From positions 4,436 to 68,435 of the forward strand of contig JAPLDQ010000009.1 in NCBI GenBank assembly GCA_026391675.1: a DNA stretch of 64,000 bases, written 5' to 3'. The notes under the pieces are model-generated. The model was not told the DNA's origin, ran no database searches, and saw only the letters and a program-made list of their open reading frames with translations. Shown piece after piece: positions 29,401-37,960 of the stretch; position 1 is the stretch's first letter; each line of letters starts with the position of its first letter. Position numbers and translations under genes: made by a program. This DNA is from Bacteroidota bacterium. GTDB lineage: Bacteria; Bacteroidota; Bacteroidia; Bacteroidales; JACABE01.

Positions 29401-32091
29401 ATGAAAAAAAATTTATCAGTTATCGCATTGCTTTTAATTTGCAATTTTATTAGTTTTGGACAAGATTTAACGGTTAAACCTTCGTTTGTTTCAATTGCAA
29501 ATACTCAGGAAAAACAGGGGTTTGACCAAGATTTTAAGCAGAAGATGGTTTCCAAAACCAAAGCTGTTATTTGGTCTTCAAACATGCTAAATGCCAGCCA
29601 ATGGGTTGCTGCAAAACTAGCGGATCAAAGTTCAACTATCACAAATCAGTGGGAATGGATAGCTGATACCTCTGCTTTTTCTTACTATTGGAAATATTAT
29701 GTTGGTTCATTAATGGGTTCTGCAACACCAATGCAGGGCGTTTTTTATTTTGATGGCATTACTAATATTTTGAATGCAAATTATGGGGTAACCAACACTA
29801 CATTAACCAATGCCATTGCAATCAGCACAATTGGACATCCTACAGTAAATATTAAATTCTACCAATTGTACAAATCGTTTAATGTCGATACTACAATTTT
29901 AGAAGTAAGTACTGATAATATAAACTGGAATAGTATTATAGTTAATCCTAAAATTCCAGGCATGGTAAATACATACACATACGGTTGGAAAGAGTACAGC
30001 CTGACACAATGGATCGGAAATAAGTCTCAGGTATGGATAAGATTCAGGTTTTCTTCTCCCGGAACTACTACAAGCGGTGCACAATACAGCGGGGGTTACG
30101 GCTGGGCTATTGATGATGTTGAATTATTTGACCCGGCTAATAATAATATACAAATAAACAGAACTACTTTGTATAATGGCTATTCGAAAATACCTTCTGG
30201 TCTGGGAATGCCAATGACTTATGATGCAGATTTAGAAAATCTGGGTGGTTTATCTCAAACAAATGTAAAATTACATGGGGTTGAATTAACTACAGCAAAA
30301 GATTCTTCTAGTTTAGGGATAACTTTAAATACGGGTCAAAGTATTACAAATGTTTCCGTTGCCAGTAATTTCTTTATTCCACCATCAGTTTTAGGTACTT
30401 ACAAAGTAATGTCGTATATTTCAAGTGATTCGATTCCATTTTTACTGGCTCAGGATACTTTTGATGTAAATGTAGTCTGTAATACCTGTATGTATTCAAG
30501 AGACTATGATAACTATACCGGTTCAAGATGGGCAGGTACAACAGGTACATTAGCTGATCCTTATACTGCCTGTAGTATATTTCAGGTTGGTAGCGACAGA
30601 ATGGCTTATGGGGTTAATTTTGTGGTAAATAAGGAAAGCAAACCAGGTTCAAGGGTCAGAGCTGTTTTATATAAATTTGATTCAGGAACATTTGCAAGAT
30701 ATATAGTTGCTCAGTCAAATAATTATTATATTACTGCAGCCGATATTCCGACAACTGTTCCGATACAACACCCGCCTTCAATAAGTCTTGCATTTACGTC
30801 AGGATATACCATGCAGAAAGATTCTATGTATTATATTGGTGTTATGGTTTATGGAGGTACTGATACAGTAAAAATTGCCACAGACAATTCAGCTATCCCT
30901 CAAAATTCCCAATCTTCCCAGTTTTTTAATACTACAGCAAATGCATGGTATATTTGGACAACAGGAAATGTTCCTCCATTAATGATACGTACAATTTTTT
31001 CTTCATCAACTACACTTCCTTCAAATGCAGGTGCTATTACAGGTTTAACATCTGTATGTCAGGGACAGAGTCTGGTAAATTACAGTGTTCCGGCAATCGC
31101 TAATGCAACATCTTATGAATGGACATTGCCTTCGGGTGTTACAGGAAGCAGTTCAACAAATACAATTACTGTGAATTACAGCAATACAGCAGTATCAGGT
31201 AATATTTATGTGAGAGGTGCTAATGCTTTTGGAAATGGTGTAAATTCGGCTTTAGCAATTAATGTTAATTCATTACCTCCTAATGCTTTAATTATTTCAG
31301 GAGCTACAAGTGTTTTATCAGGACAGCAGAATGTTGTATATTCAGTTCCTGTAAATGCAAATGTAACATCCTATATATGGACATTGCCCACAGGATGCAC
31401 CGGTACAAGTAATACAAATCAAATTACTGTCAATTTTGGATCAACTGCATTTTCAGGAAATATTATTGTAAAAGGAATTAATGCTTGCGGAACCGGACCA
31501 ATAAATTCTTTATATGTTACAGTTAATCCATTAGTTCCGAATTGTTCAGCCCAATTTAATATGGTTGCTGATACCATTCCACATGTTTATTCAATTGTAA
31601 ATAATGCTTCCGGCATTCCTCCATTGCATTTTTACTGGAGTTGGGGCGATGGAACACATGATACAACAGCACTTCCGGTACATACCTACAGCACAGGAGG
31701 ATATTATAATATCTGTCTTAAAGTTACAGACTCTGTAGGTTGTATTTCAACATACTGCGATTCTACTTTTTTACAGAAAGGTACAAATAATATGATATCT
31801 GTTAAAGTATATCCGGGTGCTTTTTTAGGTATAGATAATAATTCATCCACTGAAAAGATAAAAATATATCCCAACCCGGCTACTTATAAATTAACACTGG
31901 ATTTACAACAACTAAAAGACTTGCATAATACGATAATTTACATTTATGATATTCAGGGGCAGTTAATATTACAGCAAACTATAAATGATAAAGAGACAGA
32001 ACTTAATATAAGTAGTTTTGCCAAAGGCGTATATGTTATTAAGGTAAATAATGATAAGCAGAGAATAGTGAGTAAATTTGTTAAGGAATAG
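29401..32091 (+). CDS. Large T9SS cargo protein: N-terminal MAM/choice-of-anchor-J-like domain, two PKD-like ~85-aa modules, one PKD domain, type-A CTD
   Basis: Signal peptide MKKNLSVIALLLICNFISFGQ. GGYGWAIDDVELFD. Duplicated modules I(T/S)G.TSV..GQ..V.YSVP..ANATSY.WTLP.G.TG.S.TN.ITVN...TA.SGNI.V.G.NA.G.G (about 31021-31275 and 31276-31530). PKD core WSWGDGTHDT...HTYSTGGYYNICLKVTDSVGC. CTD IYPNPATYKLTLDL...GVYVIKVNNDKQRIVSKFVKE. Confidence 0.8.
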   Translation: MKKNLSVIALLLICNFISFGQDLTVKPSFVSIANTQEKQGFDQDFKQKMVSKTKAVIWSSNMLNASQWVAAKLADQSSTITNQWEWIADTSAFSYYWKYYVGSLMGSATPMQGVFYFDGITNILNANYGVTNTTLTNAIAISTIGHPTVNIKFYQLYKSFNVDTTILEVSTDNINWNSIIVNPKIPGMVNTYTYGWKEYSLTQWIGNKSQVWIRFRFSSPGTTTSGAQYSGGYGWAIDDVELFDPANNNIQINRTTLYNGYSKIPSGLGMPMTYDADLENLGGLSQTNVKLHGVELTTAKDSSSLGITLNTGQSITNVSVASNFFIPPSVLGTYKVMSYISSDSIPFLLAQDTFDVNVVCNTCMYSRDYDNYTGSRWAGTTGTLADPYTACSIFQVGSDRMAYGVNFVVNKESKPGSRVRAVLYKFDSGTFARYIVAQSNNYYITAADIPTTVPIQHPPSISLAFTSGYTMQKDSMYYIGVMVYGGTDTVKIATDNSAIPQNSQSSQFFNTTANAWYIWTTGNVPPLMIRTIFSSSTTLPSNAGAITGLTSVCQGQSLVNYSVPAIANATSYEWTLPSGVTGSSSTNTITVNYSNTAVSGNIYVRGANAFGNGVNSALAINVNSLPPNALIISGATSVLSGQQNVVYSVPVNANVTSYIWTLPTGCTGTSNTNQITVNFGSTAFSGNIIVKGINACGTGPINSLYVTVNPLVPNCSAQFNMVADTIPHVYSIVNNASGIPPLHFYWSWGDGTHDTTALPVHTYSTGGYYNICLKVTDSVGCISTYCDSTFLQKGTNNMISVKVYPGAFLGIDNNSSTEKIKIYPNPATYKLTLDLQQLKDLHNTIIYIYDIQGQLILQQTINDKETELNISSFAKGVYVIKVNNDKQRIVSKFVKE

Positions 32092-32139
32092 AAATATTAT
32101 TGAAAACCTAACAGTTTTAAAACCTGTCAGGCTTTCAAC

Positions 32140-32273
32140 ATAAAAATTATTTTGCAAATTATTATATTACTTTTGATTTTAATTAAACAAAAATATTATG
32201 AAAAAGCTCATTGTTTTTATTGTCGTATTTTATGTTGTGAATATTGCGAATGCTCAATGGCAACAGACAAGCA
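32140..32273 (+). repeat. 5' module copy A (promoter + leader + signal peptide), duplicated at 33448-33581
   Basis: Manual alignment: only two mismatches in the 58 nt before the ATG, and few in the signal-peptide codons up to AATGCTCAATGGCAA. Confidence 0.85.
32168..32175 (+). promoter_or_regulatory. -7 box TACTTTTG
   Basis: Exact TAnnTTTG, 23 nt before the ATG at 32198. The same octamer sits at 33486-33493. Confidence 0.55.
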
Positions 32274-33373
32274 TGAATAATTATTCTGTTAGATCTTTAG
32301 CACTTCATGACAGTTGTTTATTTGCAGGAACTTTTGCAGGAATTTATAGATCCTTAAATAATGGGACTAGTTGGATTCCTGCTAATAATGGCTTAGCTTA
32401 TACCGACATAAATACCTTATCAATAAAAGATAGTAATATTATTGCCGGAGCTATTAGAGGAGTTCATTTATCTACTAATAATGGAAGTAATTGGGTTGAT
32501 AAAACTACAGGGATAGATAACGATTTTATTTATGCATCTGCGTTTAAAGACAGCAATATATTTATAGCCTCAGATGCGATTTATTTATCTACGGATTTTG
32601 GTAACACGTGGGTTAATAAAAGCATTGGTCAACCTACCAGTTGTTCAATGACATCTTTTACTATAAATGGTAATAATATATTTGCCGGTGATTATTATAA
32701 TGGTGTATTTTTATCTCAGAACAATGGAAATTCCTGGATTCATCTAAATTTAGGCATTACTTCATGTTATGGTGTAAATGCCTTAGCATCAGTTGGGAAC
32801 AAAATTTTTGCTGCTACAGTTACAAATGGGGTATATTTATCTGTAAATAATGGGAGTACCTGGTCAGCAATAAGCAATGGATTACCAACTTCTTATTTAG
32901 CACAAACATTTGCAATTTATGATAATATTATTTATCTAGGAACTATGGGTCGTGGTGTTTTTATGTCAAAAGACTTTGGAAGTAACTGGACTGATATTAA
33001 TTTTGGTTTGTCAAATCTGGAAATCATGTCATTAGCTGTTAATAAAGATTTTCTATTTGCGGGTACCAACAATACAGGAGTATGGAGACGTTCCTTAATT
33101 GAAATATTGGACGTTAAAGATGGTAATTTTAATCAAATTATTAATATTTATCCAAATCCTGTTAAAGATAAGCTAAATATTGATTTACAGGATTTGAAGA
33201 ATTTAAAAAATGCAAGTCTTTCAATATATGATATTCAGGGTAAATTGCTTTTAAATCAATATATTACACAAGCAAAAACTGAAATAAATATTCAGTATTT
33301 TACCAAAGGAGTATATATTGTAAAAGTGTATACCGGAAATAATGTAATAGTAGATAAATTTATTAAAGAATAA
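32198..33373 (+). CDS. BNR/Asp-box (sortilin/Ycf48-like) beta-propeller repeat protein with T9SS CTD
   Basis: Signal peptide, then six S.(N/D).G..W repeats (SLNNGTSW, STNNGSNW, STDFGNTW, SQNNGNSW, SVNNGSTW, SKDFGSNW). CTD IYPNPVKDKLNIDL...GVYIVKVYTGNNVIVDKFIKE. Confidence 0.8.
   Translation: MKKLIVFIVVFYVVNIANAQWQQTSMNNYSVRSLALHDSCLFAGTFAGIYRSLNNGTSWIPANNGLAYTDINTLSIKDSNIIAGAIRGVHLSTNNGSNWVDKTTGIDNDFIYASAFKDSNIFIASDAIYLSTDFGNTWVNKSIGQPTSCSMTSFTINGNNIFAGDYYNGVFLSQNNGNSWIHLNLGITSCYGVNALASVGNKIFAATVTNGVYLSVNNGSTWSAISNGLPTSYLAQTFAIYDNIIYLGTMGRGVFMSKDFGSNWTDINFGLSNLEIMSLAVNKDFLFAGTNNTGVWRRSLIEILDVKDGNFNQIINIYPNPVKDKLNIDLQDLKNLKNASLSIYDIQGKLLLNQYITQAKTEINIQYFTKGVYIVKVYTGNNVIVDKFIKE
33188..33373 (+). 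repeat. 3' module copy A (CTD-coding end), duplicated at 35385-35570
   Basis: The first 100 nt differ at two positions from the copy at 35385. The last ~42 nt including the stop are identical. Confidence 0.85.
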
Positions 33374-33447
33374 ATTAAATTTGAATTTTATGTTATAAGC
33401 CCAGACTGGATTAAAAACCTTGTCAGGACTTAATAAAGCTTATAATA

Positions 33448-33581
33448 TCTTGCAAAAATAAAAATTGTTTTGCAAATTATTATATTACTTTTGATATTAA
33501 TTAAACAAAAATATTATGAAAAAGCTCTTTGTTTTTATTGTCTTACTTTATTTTGTGAATATAGCGAATGCTCAATGGCAA
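33448..33581 (+). repeat. 5' module copy B
   Basis: See 32140-32273. Confidence 0.85.
33486..33493 (+). promoter_or_regulatory. -7 box TACTTTTG
   Basis: Exact TAnnTTTG, 23 nt before the ATG at 33516. Confidence 0.55.
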
Positions 33582-35570
33582 AGAACTAATGGTCCTATTG
33601 GTGGTAATATTCTTTCGTTTGCTATCACAGGTACTAATGTATTTGCCGGAACAGCAGGTGGCGGAATCTTCCTAACTAGTAATAATGGCTCAAGTTGGAC
33701 AGCAGTAAATAATGGATTAACGGATTTAACTGTTTCAGCATTAGCTGTAAATGGAATTAATATTTTTGCCGGAACAAATGCAGGTGTTTTTTTATCAACA
33801 AACAATGGAACAACATGGACTGCAGTTAATAATGGATTAGTTACTGGTTTTGGTATATCTTCTTTAACCGTAAGTGGTACAAAAATTTATGCGACAACAC
33901 TAGGAAGTGGCATTTTTGTATCCACAAACAATGGAACGAGTTGGACGGCAATAAATAATGGGCTTACACAATTGGGTTTTCGCTCATTGGTTGTAAAAGG
34001 GTCAAATATATTTGCATGTGCAGGAACTTCAGGAATATTTTTATCAACAAATAATGGCAGTAGTTGGACTACAGTTAACAATGGAATTGCTGCCGGTTAT
34101 GGAATTGAATCATTAGCAGTTTGTGATTCAACTTTAATTGCTGGTGCAAATGGAGCTACAGTGTTTTTTTCAACTAACAATGGAGCAAGCTGGATTCCCA
34201 CTCATATTGGCAATCCTGCTCTAAATTGTGGTATTACTTTTGCATTAGCAGTAAGTGGAAATAATATTTACGCTGGTACTTATGGATATGGTGCTTTTAT
34301 GACAACAAATAATGGTGTTAGCTGGACACCAGTTAATAGTGGATTATTCAGTAGTAAAATTTGGGCTTTTGCTATAAATGGTACAAATATTTTTGCCGGA
34401 ACAGGGGATTATGGAGGTGTGTTTTTATCAAATAATAATGGAACAAATTGGAGTGCAGTAAATAATGGAATTGTAAATTCAAATGTTTTATCATTAGCTT
34501 CAACTGACAATAATTTATTTGCAATAGCAGATTTTGCAATGGCAGAATTAATACCTAGTGTTTATCGTACAATTAATGATGGTGTTAATTGGACCTCATC
34601 AAATACAGGATTAACAAGTATTAGTCAAAAACTAATAACCACAAATGGGAATCTGGTTTATGAAGGAACTCAGGAAGGATTATTTGTATCAAATGATTAT
34701 GGAGTTAATTGGACACATATAAATGATGGACTAATCAATACTTGTATTAATTCAATAGCATTTAATGGCTCAAATATATATGTTGGGACTTTTCAAGGTG
34801 TAGTTCTATCAACAGATAATGGTTTGACCTGGAATGCTATTAATAATGGCTTAAATAATTTATATATATCAAGAATAGCAGTAAAAGGGAATAATATCTT
34901 TGTTGGAACAGGTGGTGGGATTTATATGTCATCTAATAATGGTTCAACATGGAGTAATGCCAATAATGGATTAACAAGTAATCAGATTTTTTCTATAATT
35001 AGCTCTGATAATAATCTTTATACAAGCAATACCAAAGGAGTCTTTTTATCTACAAATAATGGAGCAAATTGGAATAAAATTAGTCATAGCTTTGCAGATA
35101 CTGCAATATTATCATTAGTTGCAAGTGGATCAAGTATTTTTGCCGGTACTTCAGGTAATGGCGTGTTTTTATCAAATAACAATGGAAATAATTGGTCAAA
35201 TATTGGATTGTCTAATTCTATTATAAATTCTATGATAATAAATGGAACTAATATCTTTGCAGGGACAGATGCACTTGGTGTATGTAAAAGACCACTTTCT
35301 GAAGTTATTGGCATTTCTGAAAATACAAATAAAAATATTATTGTTTTTCCTAATCCTGTAAAAGACTTACTCACAATTGATTTTCAGGATTTGAAGAATT
35401 TAAAAAATGCAAGTCTTTCAATATATGATATACAGGGTAAATTGCTTTTAAATCAAGATATTACACAAGCAAAAACTGAAATAATTGTTCAGCAATTTAT
35501 TAGGGGAGTGTATTTCTTAAAAGTAAATACAGGAAATAATGTAATAGTAGATAAATTTATTAAAGAATAA
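33516..35570 (+). CDS. BNR/Asp-box beta-propeller repeat protein with T9SS CTD (13 repeats, long paralog)
   Basis: Thirteen copies of G(V/I)F(L/V)S.NNG..W..(V/I)NNGL spaced about 40-47 aa apart. CTD FPNPVKDLLTIDF...GVYFLKVNTGNNVIVDKFIKE. Confidence 0.8.
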   Translation: MKKLFVFIVLLYFVNIANAQWQRTNGPIGGNILSFAITGTNVFAGTAGGGIFLTSNNGSSWTAVNNGLTDLTVSALAVNGINIFAGTNAGVFLSTNNGTTWTAVNNGLVTGFGISSLTVSGTKIYATTLGSGIFVSTNNGTSWTAINNGLTQLGFRSLVVKGSNIFACAGTSGIFLSTNNGSSWTTVNNGIAAGYGIESLAVCDSTLIAGANGATVFFSTNNGASWIPTHIGNPALNCGITFALAVSGNNIYAGTYGYGAFMTTNNGVSWTPVNSGLFSSKIWAFAINGTNIFAGTGDYGGVFLSNNNGTNWSAVNNGIVNSNVLSLASTDNNLFAIADFAMAELIPSVYRTINDGVNWTSSNTGLTSISQKLITTNGNLVYEGTQEGLFVSNDYGVNWTHINDGLINTCINSIAFNGSNIYVGTFQGVVLSTDNGLTWNAINNGLNNLYISRIAVKGNNIFVGTGGGIYMSSNNGSTWSNANNGLTSNQIFSIISSDNNLYTSNTKGVFLSTNNGANWNKISHSFADTAILSLVASGSSIFAGTSGNGVFLSNNNGNNWSNIGLSNSIINSMIINGTNIFAGTDALGVCKRPLSEVIGISENTNKNIIVFPNPVKDLLTIDFQDLKNLKNASLSIYDIQGKLLLNQDITQAKTEIIVQQFIRGVYFLKVNTGNNVIVDKFIKE
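35385..35570 (+). repeat. 3' module copy B
   Basis: See 33188-33373. Confidence 0.85.
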
Positions 35571-35594
35571 ATTGGATTTAACCTATTTATTATG

Positions 35595-35626
35595 AGCCCT
35601 GACATAGTTTAAAATCTGTCAGGGCT
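35595..35626 (+). terminator. Rho-independent terminator after the 684-aa propeller gene
   Basis: AGCCCTGACA (35595-35604) pairs with TGTCAGGGCT (35617-35626), followed by TATTTTTC. Degenerate versions of the same ...CTGTCAGG.CT hairpin follow the two preceding genes (about 32102-32136 and 33396-33432). Confidence 0.7.
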
Positions 35627-35635
35627 TATTTTTCA

Positions 35636-36874
35636 CTAAAAATTATAGGTTGCACTTAAAAGTACCCTGAAATTAGCATATTCAGCAGTATTGTTTACAA
35701 TTCCTTTTGTATCAGGTGTGCCATAGGCTGCAGCGGTATATTCAAATTCACTTCCGAATTGCAATGGTCCTGTTGTATAAAAAATACGTGGTGCTATGCG
35801 ATAGATATAATCGATAGTATTGCCTCTGCCGTAAAACTTGCCATTGGTCATAATTTTGCTGCTGTAACCCAGGTTTTTGGTGTAACCGGCAAACAAACCA
35901 AATGTCCAAGCTGAACCTTTGGTAGCTATATCTGTCCAAAGATTTGCAGTTTGTAAATTACCATAGGTTATACTTCCATCTTTAGGGTCAATAGCTTTTT
36001 CGAAATAACCGCCCAGCATGGTGTGTTCTGAAAGATTTTCGCCACAACTGGCCTGTAATTTAATATCTACTTTGCTGTATACCAGCTTTGCAAAGCCAAT
36101 GGCTGCAAATGATTTAACCCTGGCATCTGTTTTAATATTACTGTCGGTAAGTAATCTGGGTTGTATCATCTTAAAATCGCCGCCAATTCCAAATAAATGA
36201 TGGTTAACAGTATATTGCAACTGCAGATGCAAATCAGGGATAACTGCATTGCGTAAATACACTGAACTTACACCCAGCGGGCCATCATTGGAATAGTCGC
36301 GTTGCGAAGCCATAACACCGATTATTTTAAGTCTACCGAAATTATGGGAATATCTTACTTGAATATGTCTGGAAAAAGCATGAAAAGGTGCTCCTGCACT
36401 CAGGGCTATAGTATAGGGAATCATTTCCGGTACATCAAAAGGATGCCAATATTGTCCCATCAATAATTCACTGTTTTGCCATTTTAGTTTTACATATGCA
36501 TGCCGCAAGCGGAAACCATTGTTGTCATTATTGGTCTGACCGGTAAAATCGCCTTCAAATAAAGCTGTTGCCTTGGCATTAAATACATCCGGACCAAATA
36601 CATTAGCTGTTAAGCGGGTTATCATCGCCAACTGGTTAAAACTTGGTGTGGCATTGATGTCGTTTCCGTTTTTATCTGCTTTTTTATTTTCGGGATACAA
36701 CAGTAGCATGGTTTCGCGTCCGCCAACCGTCTGGCGTGTATCATACATAATCTGTGAATTAACAAATCCATTGAATCTGATTCCGAATTTAGCTGTATCT
36801 TTCTGGGAAAATGAAGGCAGGCTGATGAATAAGCCGGCAATTAGAATTAAAAGAGTAAGTTTATTATGTTTCAT
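35636..36874 (-). CDS. Putative outer-membrane porin (beta-barrel, family not recognised)
   Basis: Signal peptide MKHNKLTLLILIAGLFISLPSFSQ, alternating beta-strand pattern throughout, terminal aromatic (…SATYNF). Confidence 0.6.
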   Translation of the reverse strand: MKHNKLTLLILIAGLFISLPSFSQKDTAKFGIRFNGFVNSQIMYDTRQTVGGRETMLLLYPENKKADKNGNDINATPSFNQLAMITRLTANVFGPDVFNAKATALFEGDFTGQTNNDNNGFRLRHAYVKLKWQNSELLMGQYWHPFDVPEMIPYTIALSAGAPFHAFSRHIQVRYSHNFGRLKIIGVMASQRDYSNDGPLGVSSVYLRNAVIPDLHLQLQYTVNHHLFGIGGDFKMIQPRLLTDSNIKTDARVKSFAAIGFAKLVYSKVDIKLQASCGENLSEHTMLGGYFEKAIDPKDGSITYGNLQTANLWTDIATKGSAWTFGLFAGYTKNLGYSSKIMTNGKFYGRGNTIDYIYRIAPRIFYTTGPLQFGSEFEYTAAAYGTPDTKGIVNNTAEYANFRVLLSATYNF

Positions 36875-36945
36875 TTAAATCTGTTTATTAGCCACTAAGA
36901 CACAAAGTCACAAAGAAATTTTTGTATTTTAAAGTATCTTGACAG

Positions 36946-36953
36946 CAAAATTA
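36946..36953 (-). promoter_or_regulatory. -7 box TAATTTTG upstream of the porin gene
   Basis: Plus strand reads CAAAATTA, 72 nt upstream of ATG 36874, abutting the stop of the upstream gene. Confidence 0.35.
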
Positions 36954-36955
36954 TG

Positions 36956-37687
36956 TTATTTGGTTTTTCCTTTAATTGCAGCTAATGAAAGTATTATTCC
37001 CAAAGCAATGCCCAATAATGCAGCAAAAGCTACCCTGTATTCTGACGGAAGCAAAAAAGTGATAGTATGAGCCGGTATCCAGAAAAAAGGAATGGTTTTC
37101 TTAAAAACAAAATTCCACTGAACATTCCAGTTGATACGGCTTAAGATATCACCGAAATGAATCTTTTTAAATAGTCCGTTGATTGTACCTCCATTGTCTA
37201 CTATATGCGTATCTGTTATTTTATGAAAAGTCATCATTATTGGCGCGTAAATCAGGTTCATGGCTGTACTGATGCAGAATGCCGCCAGCAACCTTGTTCC
37301 TCCCATGCCATTGGCAATAGCATCGGAAATATCCTTGGTTTTCATGGCATCGGCAACACCGGTAATACTGCAGGATTTTTCAAGAAATCCTGGTATACCG
37401 ATAGCAAAAATATCAAAGGCCAGTTTAATGGTTATCCCTAAAAATCCCCATACAATGGCTCTGGGTAAAATACCAAATCCGGTTGTATTAAAAACACCGG
37501 TTTTGATACGTAAACCGATTACTTCGCCCATAGTAGCCAGTAATGCAAATTTTAAGAAGCTGGTAAATACCCAATATTGAGGATTGTAAATAAACCCTTT
37601 TTGTATACTACTCAAAAATGGAAAAGGGATGAATGGGAATAAAATAGCTAATGCCAGTATTATAAAAAGTAAATCGTTTTTCTTCAT
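36956..37687 (-). CDS. Polytopic inner-membrane protein of unknown function
   Basis: About six hydrophobic segments. The C-terminal string FFWIPAHTITFLLPSEYRVAF is loosely reminiscent of Mpv17/PMP22-type membrane proteins (tentative). Confidence 0.6.
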   Translation of the reverse strand: MKKNDLLFIILALAILFPFIPFPFLSSIQKGFIYNPQYWVFTSFLKFALLATMGEVIGLRIKTGVFNTTGFGILPRAIVWGFLGITIKLAFDIFAIGIPGFLEKSCSITGVADAMKTKDISDAIANGMGGTRLLAAFCISTAMNLIYAPIMMTFHKITDTHIVDNGGTINGLFKKIHFGDILSRINWNVQWNFVFKKTIPFFWIPAHTITFLLPSEYRVAFAALLGIALGIILSLAAIKGKTK

Positions 37688-37714
37688 ATTGATTAGTTTG
37701 TAAAGTTGATAAAG

Positions 37715-37894
37715 TTAAACTTTATTGTTTTTCCTGAAAGATTCATAATTGATTACTGCCAGAGATATGATACTGATAACCAATGCTATCCAGTATTTAT
37801 AATCTGCATTTTCATTGTGCATAAACAGCAGCATGGCTATTATCAGTAATGATAAAGCCATGATTTTTAATTTACTACCAAATTTATTTTTCAT
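37715..37894 (-). CDS. Possible 59-aa two-TM membrane peptide (below the ORF-track cutoff)
   Basis: Own translation: MKNKFGSKLKIMALSLLIIAMLLFMHNENADYKYWIALVISIISLAVINYESFRKNNKV. ATG start, fills the gap between two same-strand genes. Confidence 0.35.
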   Translation of the reverse strand: MKNKFGSKLKIMALSLLIIAMLLFMHNENADYKYWIALVISIISLAVINYESFRKNNKV

Positions 37895-37960
37895 GTGTTT
37901 TTGATTAAATTAAGATACTAACTTTAAAAACTTTATGAACTTTCAAACTTTATAAACTCA

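Noticed and set aside
32151-32154. TTTG upstream of the TACTTTTG box as a candidate -33 element
   Set aside because: It lies only 13 nt from the -7 box, shorter than the spacing I recall for Bacteroides -33/-7 promoters. I therefore annotated only the -7 boxes.
33572-35374. Antisense ORFs (33572..33805, 33887..34081, 35084..35374) in the 13-blade propeller gene
   Set aside because: They are generated by the periodic Asn/Gly-rich repeat codons read in reverse, and their sequences mirror the repeat period. They are not independent genes.
15539-36915. Shared short words (CACAAAG, ACTAAGACA) in the kup upstream region (15539-15560) and the porin upstream region (36894-36915), vaguely resembling the CACAGAG array at 56.9 kb
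   Set aside because: The arrangement and spacing differ between sites. A single shared 9-mer in 128 kb of AT-rich sequence is near chance expectation. I could not support a repeat family without a genome-wide count.
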